23,387 bases of DNA, taken from assembly GCA_030141605.1 (NCBI GenBank), contig JAQGDQ010001851.1, positions 1 through 23,387 of the forward strand. Direction: 5' to 3'. Under the pieces are notes generated by a model, which made no database searches, was not told the DNA's origin, and saw nothing but the letters and a program-made list of their open reading frames with translations. This document shows, in pieces, positions 10,423 through 21,202 of the stretch; position 1 is the first letter of the stretch, and each line of letters opens with the position of its first letter. The translations under genes were made by a program, and so were the position numbers. This DNA is from Tubiluchus corallicola (Eukaryota; Animalia; Priapulida).

Positions 10423-11059
10423 TTGTGTGCCTCAATATAACTTTGTGTGAACGCACTTTAAAATGCCTCTTTCTTCCTGTTGATAGTGTCAACGTACCAC
10501 GGATAGTGTGAAACGTCTTTAAGGTAATCAGATGGTAATTTCTCTCTCATCTGCTGTGCGTCACGTATTCATAAATGGCTTCATCATCTGATAGCGATCA
10601 CGTGACTCATAGGAATGGACTGACGGTGAATATGGTATTGTGAATATTAATAACAGAACATATTCTCATTTAGTCGGGCGCGTGAACATACTGAGCTCAA
10701 ATTTGTCTCTAATGATAGCCTTGTAAGTAGTAAAGGCTTTTAATTTTCAGCTATTTGATTTTGATCAAGATTTGATCAAAACATTGACTCTTATTAAGAA
10801 GTTCTCAACAAATTTTATCCTTTAAAGGACCAAAAAAGTGGTACATGAAGTAGGTTTCAGAAAGATCGCCTTAAGAAATTATACTACTTTGTAACAATTT
10901 TGTGCGTATGTTTGTTAGTTTTGTTAGTTTTCATTTTAAATCTCCGTAATACTGTTCCGAAGTCGCGATTACATGACGTCATATACGCACACCGTAAATC
11001 AGGGGAAGAAAATGAAATATTAAATTATGTCCCAAAAAAATTTCCACGCAAAGTTATGT

Positions 11060-12190
11060 TACATAGCCTTTCGCTTACCTGCTTGAGGGACTTGTGTAAT
11101 TAGAAAAGAAAATGATTAATTATTTAAAATGCTTTCACCGATTGGTAAAATGTAGTTGACTCACCCCTAGGGTGCACCACTCACTAACTAAAAAGCGTAT
11201 TTTTAATCTTACCGACAAGATATAATAATTTAAAATTTTGGTTTGTTGGTGATTTGTGTGCTACGAATGCTCTGATTACTCTTTCTAATGTTACCCAATG
11301 TTTACTCATATTTCAAAATTTCTTTTTGCCTTTCTAACTTGCTAAGCTTAGAGCATAAAACACCTCTTCATCAATAAAACCTAAGAAATTCGTCTTCAAA
11401 GTCCTATATCACTTAATTGCTGTCTTACTGCCTCCAGATTTGTATTAGCAGTAAAATTATACTGCTAATATATAAAATTTATACCCCCTCTACCGACATT
11501 TTTTGGCACACCCATTTAAAGCCAAAGTCAGATAAAGTTTGAAAAAATAATCAGAGCATTCTTAGCACCCTCTTCCATAACTAAGCAAAAGTTTAAATTA
11601 CTTTACATTGCAAATAAGATCAGTACAGTGTAATGTATTTTTGGTGAATCGGTGGTGCACACTGGGATGCATACAAAGGCGTTTTACAAGTTGGCGTTAG
11701 CATTTTAAATTTTTAAGAACTTTTTCCAGTTACGTAACTCTTTCAAACAGGTAAGTGATAGGTGGTTATACTAATTAAGCGATACATGTAACATTTCAAG
11801 GAAACGTTACTGTATCGCCATCTCAGTGGGCGCCACTAATTCACTAAAAAACAAATTATTGATTTTACTTACAAGCTACAGTGATTTAAACTTTTGCTTA
11901 GTTAGTGAAGTGTGAGCTAAGAATGCTGTTTTTGAAACTTTTTGCAAAGTCAATTTTTAAACTTGTTTCAATTGCCTCGCGGTTAAAATGGCTGCGCCTA
12001 GCGGTCATCGTAGGAGTTTAAACATAAAAGTTTTCATACAGTGTTAGTTTTAACGCAAGTTCTGTAATAAGAGAGTTCGTAAATGATATTAAATTTCAAG
12101 ACGAACTTTTTAAAATTTATCTACGAAGAATGTTTTCTTGTGCTTTAAGCTCTGCAAAAGTTGACAGATATCAAACGCAAAGCAATTTTC
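11060..12190. repeat. Three adjacent family A copies: 11060-11290 (-), 11320-11770 (+), 11800-12190 (-)
   Basis: gaatgctctgatta (minus copy), ttgaaaaaataatcagagcattc...ctaagcaaaagtttaaattact (plus copy), tttaaacttttgcttagttag...gaatgct (minus copy). Confidence 0.8.
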
Positions 12191-12371
12191 CTAAACCGTT
12201 ATTAGAGGGTGTTCCTTTCCATATATCACTTCAGTAACTATCTCCTCTCGTGCTGGAAACGTTTTACGTTGGTTAACAATAATAGTAAATTCTCCCATCT
12301 TCTCATTGATAAATGGGTTCCTCCTGCTTCCTATAGTGATCACGCTCGTTCATTATTTTATTTCATTACTA

Positions 12372-12450
12372 CAGGATGCACGCTGACAGTGTGAATGGCA
12401 ATCATAAACGTGAAAAATCCAGTGTAATTCACACTGTAGCGTGCAACCTG
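12372..12450. mobile_element. 79-bp hairpin mini-MITE with Tc1/mariner-like ends
   Basis: ta|caggatgcacgctgacagtgtgaat ... attcacactgtagcgtgcaacctg|tc; ~24-bp inverted arms with 1 mismatch and 1 indel; TA on the left flank only. Confidence 0.6.
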
Positions 12451-12484
12451 TCAATAAAAGATGTCTGTAAAGGTTTCTGTAATG

Positions 12485-13408
12485 AGAGTGTTCTAAAAAT
12501 TATGGCTGTAAAAAGTAATCAGATTCTGTATGTTGTTTTAATTATGCTGTGAAACTGAATGTAAATGAAAACTGATTGTAAAAGATTCCAATAACTATGG
12601 TTTTATCCTACTTTTGAGATTACAGCCAGGTAATCTTTAAAATTCCTGGCTGTAATCTCAAAAGTAGGATAAAAGGGAATTCTCTTGAAGAGAAATCTAC
12701 AAGAGAATGAATCCACAAGAGAATGAATCTACAAGAGAATGTATCCAAAAGAGAATCAATCCACAATGAAAGCCATTCTCTCTTACATTCATAAACGATG
12801 TATGAGAGCATGACTTTGATTTATGCTATTTATGCGTCAAAGTTCATGGATCATTTCTATAGTGTGTGTTGCAGGAGGCCCAGACAAAACTGAGCATCAG
12901 AACAGCAGTTGTGAATTCATTCTTTTGTGGGTTCATTGTTTTTGCGCATTCATTCACTTGTGGCGTCATTCTTTTGTGCGTTTTTTCTCTTGTGGGTTCA
13001 TTCTATTATGGGTTCATTCACTTGTGGCGTCATTCTTTTGCGGATTCATTCTTTTGTGGGATTACTCTCATGTGGGTTCGTTCTCCTGTGGGTTCAATGA
13101 GAATTTTGCTTTCATCGCCATAAAGTCTATCAAACAGATAAATGTAATGCTAGGAAATGCAACTTTGCAGAGTGATATACTTTAAAAATCCTTTTTCTTC
13201 CTTTTAAAAAAGAGGGAAGAGAATTATCCTACCTGGAGGAAGCATAGAAGAGAAAAGATTACCTGGCTGTAATCTCAAAAGTAGGATAAAATCATAGTTA
13301 CTGGAATCTTTTACAATCAGTTTTCATTTACATTCAGTTTCACAGCATAATTAAAACAACGTACAGAATCTGATTATTTTTTACAGCCTCAATTTTTTAG
13401 AACACTCT
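12485..13408. mobile_element. Long-inverted-repeat (foldback/MITE-like) element with ~154-bp arms (12485-12638 / 13254-13408)
   Basis: agagtgttctaaaaa...ttacagccaggtaatcttt matches the reverse complement of aaagattacctggctgtaa...tttagaacactct at >90%; no clear TSD. Confidence 0.85.
12678..13105. mobile_element. Inner foldback-like element built of opposed 16-bp tandem subrepeats
   Basis: (aagagaatgaatccac)n at ~12690-12770 faces (cattcttttgtgggtt)n at ~12915-13095; termini aattctc-ttgaa / ttcaatgagaatt. Confidence 0.7.
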
Positions 13409-14219
13409 TTGTGAAAGTTAGTTGTGAAGTTGAAATTGAACACTTGTAGAAAACAACTATATTACATATCTGCACAGAACTGAAACACGTTTATTACACT
13501 AAATACACATGAGTAAAATACACAAGTAAAATGAAGATCACGACTGCTGCACTGCACTGAGAGTGTGAGGCAGACAGTGTGTAGATCGACTGCACGTCAC
13601 TGAGAGCGTGTCAGAGAGACAGTGGCTAGAAGTGAATTCCAGCCAGTTTATATAGGTAGAGAACTATGCAAAAACTTGGCTTCACCTATCCCATTACAGT
13701 AAAAATAGGGGAGATCCAGTGAGTTTGCATATTCACTGGACCGAGCAATTGTACTAAGGGTGAGTTTAACTAGTAAAATGTTAAAGTGACTAACCAATAG
13801 ATGGCAGCACCTAAAATATACAGTTACAACTTTCACACTCTTCGTACAGAAATCTGTAACTTTTATTGACATTATCCGGTCGAAAGCGTCTGGGTAAGTG
13901 ACGTCATCCACAGGCCTGCTTTGACATTCACACGTGCCTAATATAAATCTCCACAGTAGCATATTACTCACCTGCCAGGATTATATCACGGTTAATTAAG
14001 TACATACTTCGTTATCGGAATGAACAACTTTGTTACAATGCTAAACGTGCAGCATACAATATGGGCTTTTGGCGTGCTAAATCATCCAGTGCCTTTTATT
14101 ACTAAGAATTAGTTACTGAGAACACCTACAACTGTAATATGTATAGATATTCCATACATGTGGGGATTACGTAGCATAGAGAGACTAATCAATGAGATTA
14201 ATTTTTACACTCAATGAAT

Positions 14220-14555
14220 GAAGAAAACCCTCCACGTTAAAGCTTAAAAAACTCATCTTGAAATTTTATGCCTCCTACGTACTGTCTTTTTGCATGCAGG
14301 GCTTGCGACGGCAGTAATGCTGTATAAAACTCGCAATGACCGTAAAACGCAGCCATTTTGATGATAAGTCATTTGAAATAAGTTTAGACAGCATTGCGTG
14401 AAGCTTGAAAAAATAATCAGAGCATTCGTGTTACATCTGTTACTAACTAAGTAAACTTTTAAATTACTGTATCTTAGAATTAAGAATAAAATACGTTTTT
14501 GGCTAGTGAGTGGCGCACCCTGGACGGTGAACCAACGATATTTAACCAATTGGCA
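14220..14555 (+). repeat. Family A copy
   Basis: gcagtaatgctgtataaaact...cagccattttg...ttgaaaaaataatcagagcattc...ctaactaag...aaattact...gtggcgcaccctgg; collinear with the reverse complement of 22585-22950. Confidence 0.8.
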
Positions 14556-14789
14556 CGCACATGTTAAATTATTATTTCTACATACATATGGACGGATGGA
14601 CAGACAGACATACAGTCATGCATATAAACATGCTCCCATGCGTACATACGTAAGTACGCCGTCTTATACTCACAATGCATCAATAATGCATGAACGTAAT
14701 TATCTGCGGTTTGTGTTTTTCATTGTGAATCCTTAGATTTTCCCCTGGCGGGAGAAACTACGTAAATTACATGAACATAATTAACATTT

Positions 14790-15140
14790 AGGAGTACTGG
14801 CGATCAATTAGGTCTTCTCTAAAGCGATCGTATTGAAGAGCTAATTACTTTGGAAGTAAATACACTTTACGTGAGAGCTGGCACAAAAGAGGTAGTGGCC
14901 GCAAAAAACTTTGGAGAAAAATGGGAGTGGAGGTGTAACGTTTGGGATGTGATCACAAGTAAACGGACGTCTGAGATTGAAGAGACATCTAGTGGAACAG
15001 CAAATTAGATTAGCGTAAGTTGCTCCTGCTGATTCCTGCAGTGGTACCGTTATGTCAGAACGGATGTCAAAGCAGTAGCGACACGTTAAATCTAATGTAC
15101 ACTAATCTAATCTGATTTAATCTAATCTAATCTGATCTAA
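14790..15140 (+). mobile_element. Possible LINE 3' end with (TCTAA)n tail
   Basis: ~60 open codons (SDRIEELITLEV...KNFGEKWEW...) followed by degenerate aatct pentamer repeats at 15088-15140; clade not identifiable. Confidence 0.3.
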
Positions 15141-15189
15141 GATCTGTGAATAATGTGTATGTATAGCGGAGGTGCGTTAAACCTAGAAA

Positions 15190-15770
15190 AATCCCGGCTG
15201 CGAATCGTATATGCTCAGTAAAACTCATTTGAATTGATTGAGATATAACGTAGGCTGAACAATCACTAATCTCGGCATAGCAGACGAAATATATTCGCGT
15301 TTATGTTTAAGAAATGAAATCGAAGACGAATTACACTTTGTTATAAAATGCCCATAATACAGTGATCTTAGAGGAAAATTATATCATCACATCAATGTAA
15401 TTATTCCAGAATTTGTCTTTATGAGCGATGCTGATGAATTTTTGTTCCTGATGGGAAGTAATGATGTAGAAGTAATTAAGGCATTTATTGATTGCGTTGA
15501 AAAAGCGTTTCTAAGGCACGATGAACGTTATACTATGTAATAATTATATCATTGAGAATGAGACCTATTGAATGACAATCTATTTTAAATACTAACAATT
15601 AAACTTTCATTAAATAACTAATATAACTAGCGGGAAGAATTATTAATATTTGTTTTATTAGTAATTGTTTTGTTTGTATGCAGTGTCATTATATTTCAAA
15701 ATTGAAATTGTATGTATGTCTTGTTTTTTGTATAGTATGTATTTTTGGCACTAATAAATAAATGAATGAG
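15190..15770 (+). mobile_element. Non-LTR retrotransposon 3' remnant, RTEX-like C-terminal zinc knuckle
   Basis: 15298-15540 reads RLCLRNEIEDELHFVIKCP*YSDLRGKLY...FLFLM...KAF (C....iEDE.HF...Cp.Y..lR motif); AT-rich 3' UTR ending aataaataaatgaatga at ~15753-15769. Confidence 0.8.
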
Positions 15771-16032
15771 GGTAAATATAACACGCCTATCTGTTGTGGC
15801 GTATTTTAAATTTATTATTTGTGAAAAAACTACAACACGATGCAAGTGGAACTGAATCTAATACAACATATCTTTAGTTATGATGGTAACTTTATTTAGA
15901 ATAGTTCTTTGTGGTTTGCAATTTTGTTGTTGTTGTTGTTGTTTATTCCTTACAATAAACATCATTTCTGCAACATTTGGATCACATTCTATGTACTTAG
16001 TTATCAAGCAATTAATTGTTAAATTTCAGAAA

Positions 16033-16566
16033 GGAGTTTACAATTCTCCACACAGTTTAAATACCTTAACGCAACCCTATTGCCATCCTTAACCTTAATC
16101 CTAATCCTAACCCTAACCTCAATCCTAATCCTAATCCTAACCCTAACCCTAAACCTAGTCCTAACCCTAACCTCAACCCTAATCCTAATCCTAACCCTAA
16201 CCCTAAACCTTGTCCTAACACTATCCTCAACACTAATCCCAAGCCCAACCCTAACCTCAACCCCAACCTAATCCTAGCTCTAACCTCAATCCCAATCCTA
16301 ACTCTAACGTCAGCCCCAGTCCTAATCCTAACCCTAACCCTAATCCTAATCTTAGTCCTAACCCTAACCCTAAACCTAGTCCTAACCATATCCTAAACCT
16401 AGTCCTAACCCTAACCTCAACCCTAATCCTAACCCTAACCCTATTATTATCCCTATCCGTATTGTTAACCCTAACCCTCTCCCTAACCTCAGTCTTAATC
16501 CTAACCCTAATCCTAATCTGCTTCACAAACTAATTCCTTACGTGTGTGAGAGAAATTGTAAACTTC
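16033..16566. repeat. Degenerate telomere-like hexamer array (CCTAAC/CCTAAT/CCTCAA, ~16088-16518) enclosed by ~22-bp inverted termini
   Basis: taaccc = reverse complement of TTAGGG, ~70 hexamers; ggagtttacaattctccacaca (16033) vs tgtgtgagagaaattgtaaacttc (ends 16566). Confidence 0.85.
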
Positions 16567-16727
16567 AGCCAAATCTGGAATGAGTTTAATACTCTAAAAA
16601 TGCAATTCTAGATCTCATATATCGACTTAAGTATCATATTCGATTTTAAAACAAAGACATCTTGATTTAATCTCCCTGTCTCTGTGAAGGTCTGTATTGT
16701 ATCTATTGTGACCTTAACCAAATCCAA

Positions 16728-16895
16728 GATCAATCAATCAATTTCACTCCAGCAATACATATACAATACATCAACATACAATATTATTGAAACAAAAAGA
16801 AACAGTATAGGTAAAAAACGTTGATGAAGTCAAATTAACCAAATAAAAGAGTTGCTGTATGACACCTTGAAAGCTTGGCTTGTTAAGGTGGCACA
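16728..16895 (-). mobile_element. Possible LINE 3' tip with (TTGA)n tail
   Basis: Minus strand ends tgaaattgattgattgatc after a T-rich UTR-like stretch; weak ...YSNSFI... peptide. Confidence 0.25.
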
Positions 16896-16896
16896 A

Positions 16897-17172
16897 ATGA
16901 GTGAATGAAAGAATGGTTAGGGTTGATAGACATGATGGAATGAAAAAAATAGTAAGATTAGGGATAGGAAGAAGGAAGGGAGGGGAGGATGAGTGAATGA
17001 AAGAATGGTTAGGGTTAGTAGACATGATGGAATGGAAAAAAATAGTAAGATTACGGATAGGAAGAAGGAAGGGAGGGGAGGATGAGTGAATGAAAGAATG
17101 GTTAGGGTTAGTAGACATGATAGAATGGAAAAAATTAGTAAGATTAGGGACAGGGAGAAGGAAAAGAGGAGA
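16897..17172. repeat. 92-93-bp purine-rich tandem repeat, ~3 copies
   Basis: atgagtgaatgaaagaatggttagggtt starts at 16897, 16989 and 17082. Confidence 0.93.
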
Positions 17173-17530
17173 AGAAACGACCATTTACTCTTGGAATGTC
17201 CACGGTATCCAATGCTAGACCGAGACTTTTTAATAATATTGACAATTTGCCGAACCAAATGATAATGATAAATTTGTCTATGTAATGAGCAATCAAGATT
17301 TCGAATTATGCAACATTGTTGTAGCTTTTCTCGAATCAACTTTGCATATTAGGAATTAGTTATTGTTTAAGTAAAATTTAGGTGCAATTGTGTAAAGAGT
17401 TTTTAATAGTAATTAATGTAACATTGTTGTGTTAACTATTATTATTTGTTCTGTGCGCTCGAGTCACAACATTCTTTTGTATTTTATTTTATTTTATAAA
17501 TAAAAGATTTTGAATGAATGAATGAATGAA
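17173..17530 (+). mobile_element. Second RTEX-like LINE 3' remnant with (TGAA)n tail
   Basis: DHLLLECPRYPML // DNDKFVYVMSNQDFELCNIVVAFLESTLHIRN*, parallel to 15298-15540; AATAAA at 17499 then (tgaa)5 at 17511-17530. Confidence 0.7.
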
Positions 17531-17580
17531 TTCTTTTGTAAGGGAATTTTTTCTCTAGTAAACGTCTTTTTCACTGTTGA

Positions 17581-17950
17581 TTAAATCTGTTTTGTTTATT
17601 TGTTTGTACGTAATGTAATGTAATGATGCTTCTACAAACAAACACACATGCCCCCCCCCCCCCAGCGATGCTATTGAGTGATATAGTACTAATTTGCTGG
17701 TACTAAGTGTATGAAAAACTAAGGAAATTAAACCTGACTTCCCGTTTTCGATGTTTTATTAAATCTGTTTAAATCTGTTTTGTTTATTTGTTTGTACGTA
17801 ATGTAATGTAATGATGCTTCTACAAACAAATACACATGCCCCCCCCCCCCCCCAGCGATGCTATTGAGTGATACAGTACTAATTTCCTGATACTAAGTGT
17901 ATGAAAAACTAAGCAAATTAACTTTGACTTCCGGTTTTCGATGTTTTGTT
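17581..17950. repeat. ~188-bp tandem duplication containing a poly-C tract
   Basis: ttaaatctgttttgtttatttg...cacatg(c)nagcgatgctattgag...ttttcgatgtttt at 17581-17760 and 17769-17950. Confidence 0.95.
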
Positions 17951-18469
17951 CTTCAGAACAGGAAATTAACATTCTCTTCACGTCTCTCAGGCCTCTCAAG
18001 ATCAGTAAGAAGATGTACTTTGTTCGAAAAATGAACTGTTAATCTTGATTTAATAGGCAAGTAACCTAGAACTAATCTCACAGAATTTTTCTCTTCAAAT
18101 TCTGTTCGAACATGTCATAAATCCAAGATGGCGCCTACTGTGGCCAAAAATTCGGTTATATCTCCTACACCATCAAACCGAGATGAAAAATGTATAGCTT
18201 GCCGCCAGTAACTCGCAAAACTGTTCACACTTGTGAGATTGCTGTCAGAGAGAAAACAGCTAGTGTGAACGCGCCGTTACATTTATAGTGCAAATTGCTG
18301 TAATTTAATTTCATCGTAGTGAAAGTAAGTTTTCCACTTTAATACATTTTGATTCTAACACAATATGATGTATAAATGAGCAATATAAAGGTTGGCTACT
18401 TACTTAGGTTGGAACTTAGTACACGATTGTGTGGGTGTCTTAAGTATGGATGTGAGTATGTGGCAGCAG

Positions 18470-19143
18470 TGAATGTGTGAGGGAGGGGATGAAGCAAACG
18501 GGTGTGTTGGTGTATGAATGGGTGAGTCAGTAAGTGAGTGAGTGAGTGAGTGAGGGAGGGAGTGAATGAGTAGGTGGATGAATGGATGAGTGAGTGAGTG
18601 AGTGAGTGCGTGAGTGAGGGAGGGAGGGAGTGAGTGAGGTAGGGAAGGAGGGAGGGAGGCAGGGAGTGAATGAATAGGTGGATGAATGGATGAGTGAGTG
18701 GCTGAGAGAGTGAGTGTGTGAGTGAATGAGCGAGTGAGTGAGTGAGGAGTGAGTGGTTGAGAGAGTGAGTGAGTGAGTGAGTGAGTGAGTGATTGAGAGA
18801 GTGAGAGTGAGTGAGTGAGTGAGTGAGTGAGAGAGTGAGAGTGAGTGAGTGAGTGAGTGAGTGAGTGAGCGAGTGAGTGAGTAAGTGAGTGAGTGAGAGA
18901 ATGAGTGAGTGAGTGAGTGAGTGAGTGAGTATGTGGATGGATGGATGAGTGAGTAAGTGAGTGAGTGAGTTAGTGAGTGGATGGATGGATGGATGGATGA
19001 GTGAGTGAGTGAGTGAGTGAGTGAATGAGTGAGTGAGTAAATGCGTGAGTGAGTGAATGAGTGAGTGAGTGAGTGAGTGAGTGAGTAGGTGGTTGAGAGT
19101 GAGTGAGTGAGTGAATGAGAGAATGAACGAATGAATGAGTGAG
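18470..19143. repeat. Degenerate (GAGT)n microsatellite with GGAT/GAAT/GAGG variants
   Basis: Directly visible. Confidence 0.95.
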
Positions 19144-19950
19144 CTATTATTAATATTAAAAATCTTTTTTGAAAATGATACAATAACCCTCTAATTGCAT
19201 GGCACATAACTACAAAAATATTAAACAAATATTTACATTATGCACATTGAATAAATTTTTACATTAAATTCTTCAAAGTTCCAATTTCTTACTAAGCAAG
19301 CTAACACAACTGCATTACGATTTATTAAATCTACTTACGTATCTAATATTTGCGTATAATGTTTATACATGTTATACTGCATGTACAAATAGTATATGTT
19401 GTAGCTTATACATATATAAATAATCTTTTGTTGATGTCATTCGTATATAAACAGTATTCCTGTATGATCAATTTACTACAAGATCATTTTGGATTAGTTC
19501 TTTTACAATATCTATATACATTTTAATTACATTAGTGTCTCTCTTTTTGTAAATGTTTCGAATGTCATTATTTTCTAAGCTGCGCACGAGATTCACTCTT
19601 ATATCTTGTCTAATCAATGGTAACGCACAATGAAAAATTAAATGTTCTGGGGGGTTTGACTGCCCAAACTGCAAACACACAGATCTGAATCAGTTATTCC
19701 TGTCCTGTATTTAAATGATTTGCAACCTCTTCCAAGCAGAAGAGCTAACGCACTTGTTTCTATAAATCTGTCATATTTACTGATTGGTATATCTAATGGT
19801 GTTGTAAATAGAGGAATTAGCTCTCGTGGATTACCGGTCAGCTGGTTTACATGTTGTATCTTTCTACTCCATGAAACTCTGATGCATTTATCCACTTCAT
19901 TTTCATTATATTTGAGGTTTGTATTGTCCAAATTACCGACGATAATGAGG
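19144..19950 (-). mobile_element. 5'-truncated non-LTR retrotransposon end, I/R1-group-like C-terminal CCHC knuckle
   Basis: Two frameshifted ORFs join as ALLLGRGCKSFKYRTGITDSDLCVCSLGSQT/PEHLIFHC, matching l.GhG.....r.g...s..C.C....T.eH.i..C; stop at 19468 followed by a ~320-bp AT-rich 3' UTR. Confidence 0.7.
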
Positions 19951-20786
19951 GAGTGAATGTGTTAATGAATGAGTGAGTGAGTAGGTGAGTGAATGAGTGA
20001 ATTAGAGAGTGAATGAATGAATCAGTAAATGAATGAGTGAGTAAGTGAGTGAGTGAGTAAGTGAGTGAGTGGGTGGATGGATGGATGAGTAGGTGGTTGA
20101 GTGAATTAGTTAATGAATGAATGAGTGAGTGAGTGAGTGAGTGAGTTAATGAATGAAAGAATAAGTGAGTAAGTGTGAGTGAGTGAGTGAATTAGTTAAC
20201 GAATGAATGAGTGCATGAGTGAGTGAGTGAATTAGTTAATGAATGAATGAGTGAGTGAGTGGGTGAGTGAGTGAGTGAGTGAGTGCGTGAGTGAGTGAGT
20301 GAGTGAGTGAGTGAGTGAGTGAGTGAGTGAGTGAGTGAGTGAGTGAGTGAGTGAGTGAGCGAGTGAGTGAGTGAGTGAGTGAGTGAGTGAGTGAGTGAGT
20401 GCGTGAGTGAGTGAGTGAGTGAGTGAGTGAGTGCGTGAGTGAGTGAGTGAGTGAGTGAGTGAGTGAGTGAGTGAGTGAGTGAGTGAGTGAGTGAGTGAGT
20501 GAGTGAGTGAGTGAGTGAGTGAGTGAGTGAGTGAGTGAGTGAGTGAGTGAGTGAGTGAGTGAGTGAGTGAGTGAGTGAGTGAGTGAGTGAGTGAGTGGAG
20601 TGAGTGAGTGAGTGAGTGAGTGAGTGAGTGAGTGAGTGAGTGAGTGAGTGAGTGAGTGAGTGAGAGAGAGAGAGAGAGAGTGAGTGAGTGAGTGAGTGAG
20701 TGAGTGAGTGAGTGAGAGTGAGTGAGTGAGTGAGTGAGTGAATGAATGAATGAGTGAGTGAATGAATGAATGAGTGAGTGAGTCAG
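19951..20786. repeat. Long (GAGT)n microsatellite with a nearly pure core at ~20250-20740
   Basis: Directly visible. Confidence 0.97.
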
Positions 20787-21202
20787 TAATCTGAGCTTAG
20801 CCACAACTTTCCTACATTCCCAGTTTTCATTCTTGCCACATCAAAACTACATTGGGCATTTTATCTGGAACTCGTTTCTGTGTCTCACAAACGCTACAGG
20901 AAATTGTAAGAAGAAAGTCAATATTTCTTATCAAGGAATTCATTACCGTCTTATTTAATTAAGCAGTGCAAAGTTAGGCGTAATTATTCCCGACATTTCT
21001 GCTCCAAAGACTAATTAGTCAAGCTTCATGAAAGAGTGAAAGAAAAGCGCTGCCCGGGGGTGGATTAAGATCTAGGGAAACCCTAGACGGTGTCGTTTGT
21101 GAGGTACGCCCCCCCCACGTGAGCCACCCTCACCTCGATCACCGTACCTTCCCAAAAGTCCCAAAATGTACCTGTCATCGTAACTTCTTGACGTGACATG
21201 CA

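Noticed and set aside
12478-13698. Minus-strand solo LTR (tgtaatg...cattaca) hosting the 12485-13408 element
   Set aside because: Ends and TATA/AATAAA spacing are suggestive but no TSD is present; not supportable
13648-14104. 107-aa minus ORF and neighbouring exon-like stretches with cag|gtgag and ttttag| signals
   Set aside because: Could not assemble a stop-free spliced frame or recognise a family
16066-16526. Gly-Leu / Arg-Val repeat proteins; true telomere or fusion site
   Set aside because: Hexamer read-through; the array is degenerate, single-orientation and internal
18120-18276. YY1-like caagatggcg and Harbinger-like tagtgtgaacgcgcc terminus
   Set aside because: Isolated short motifs; no partner TIR or TSD identified
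18527-20804. 233-aa and 190-aa LTHS-repeat ORFs
   Set aside because: Translations of (ACTC)n
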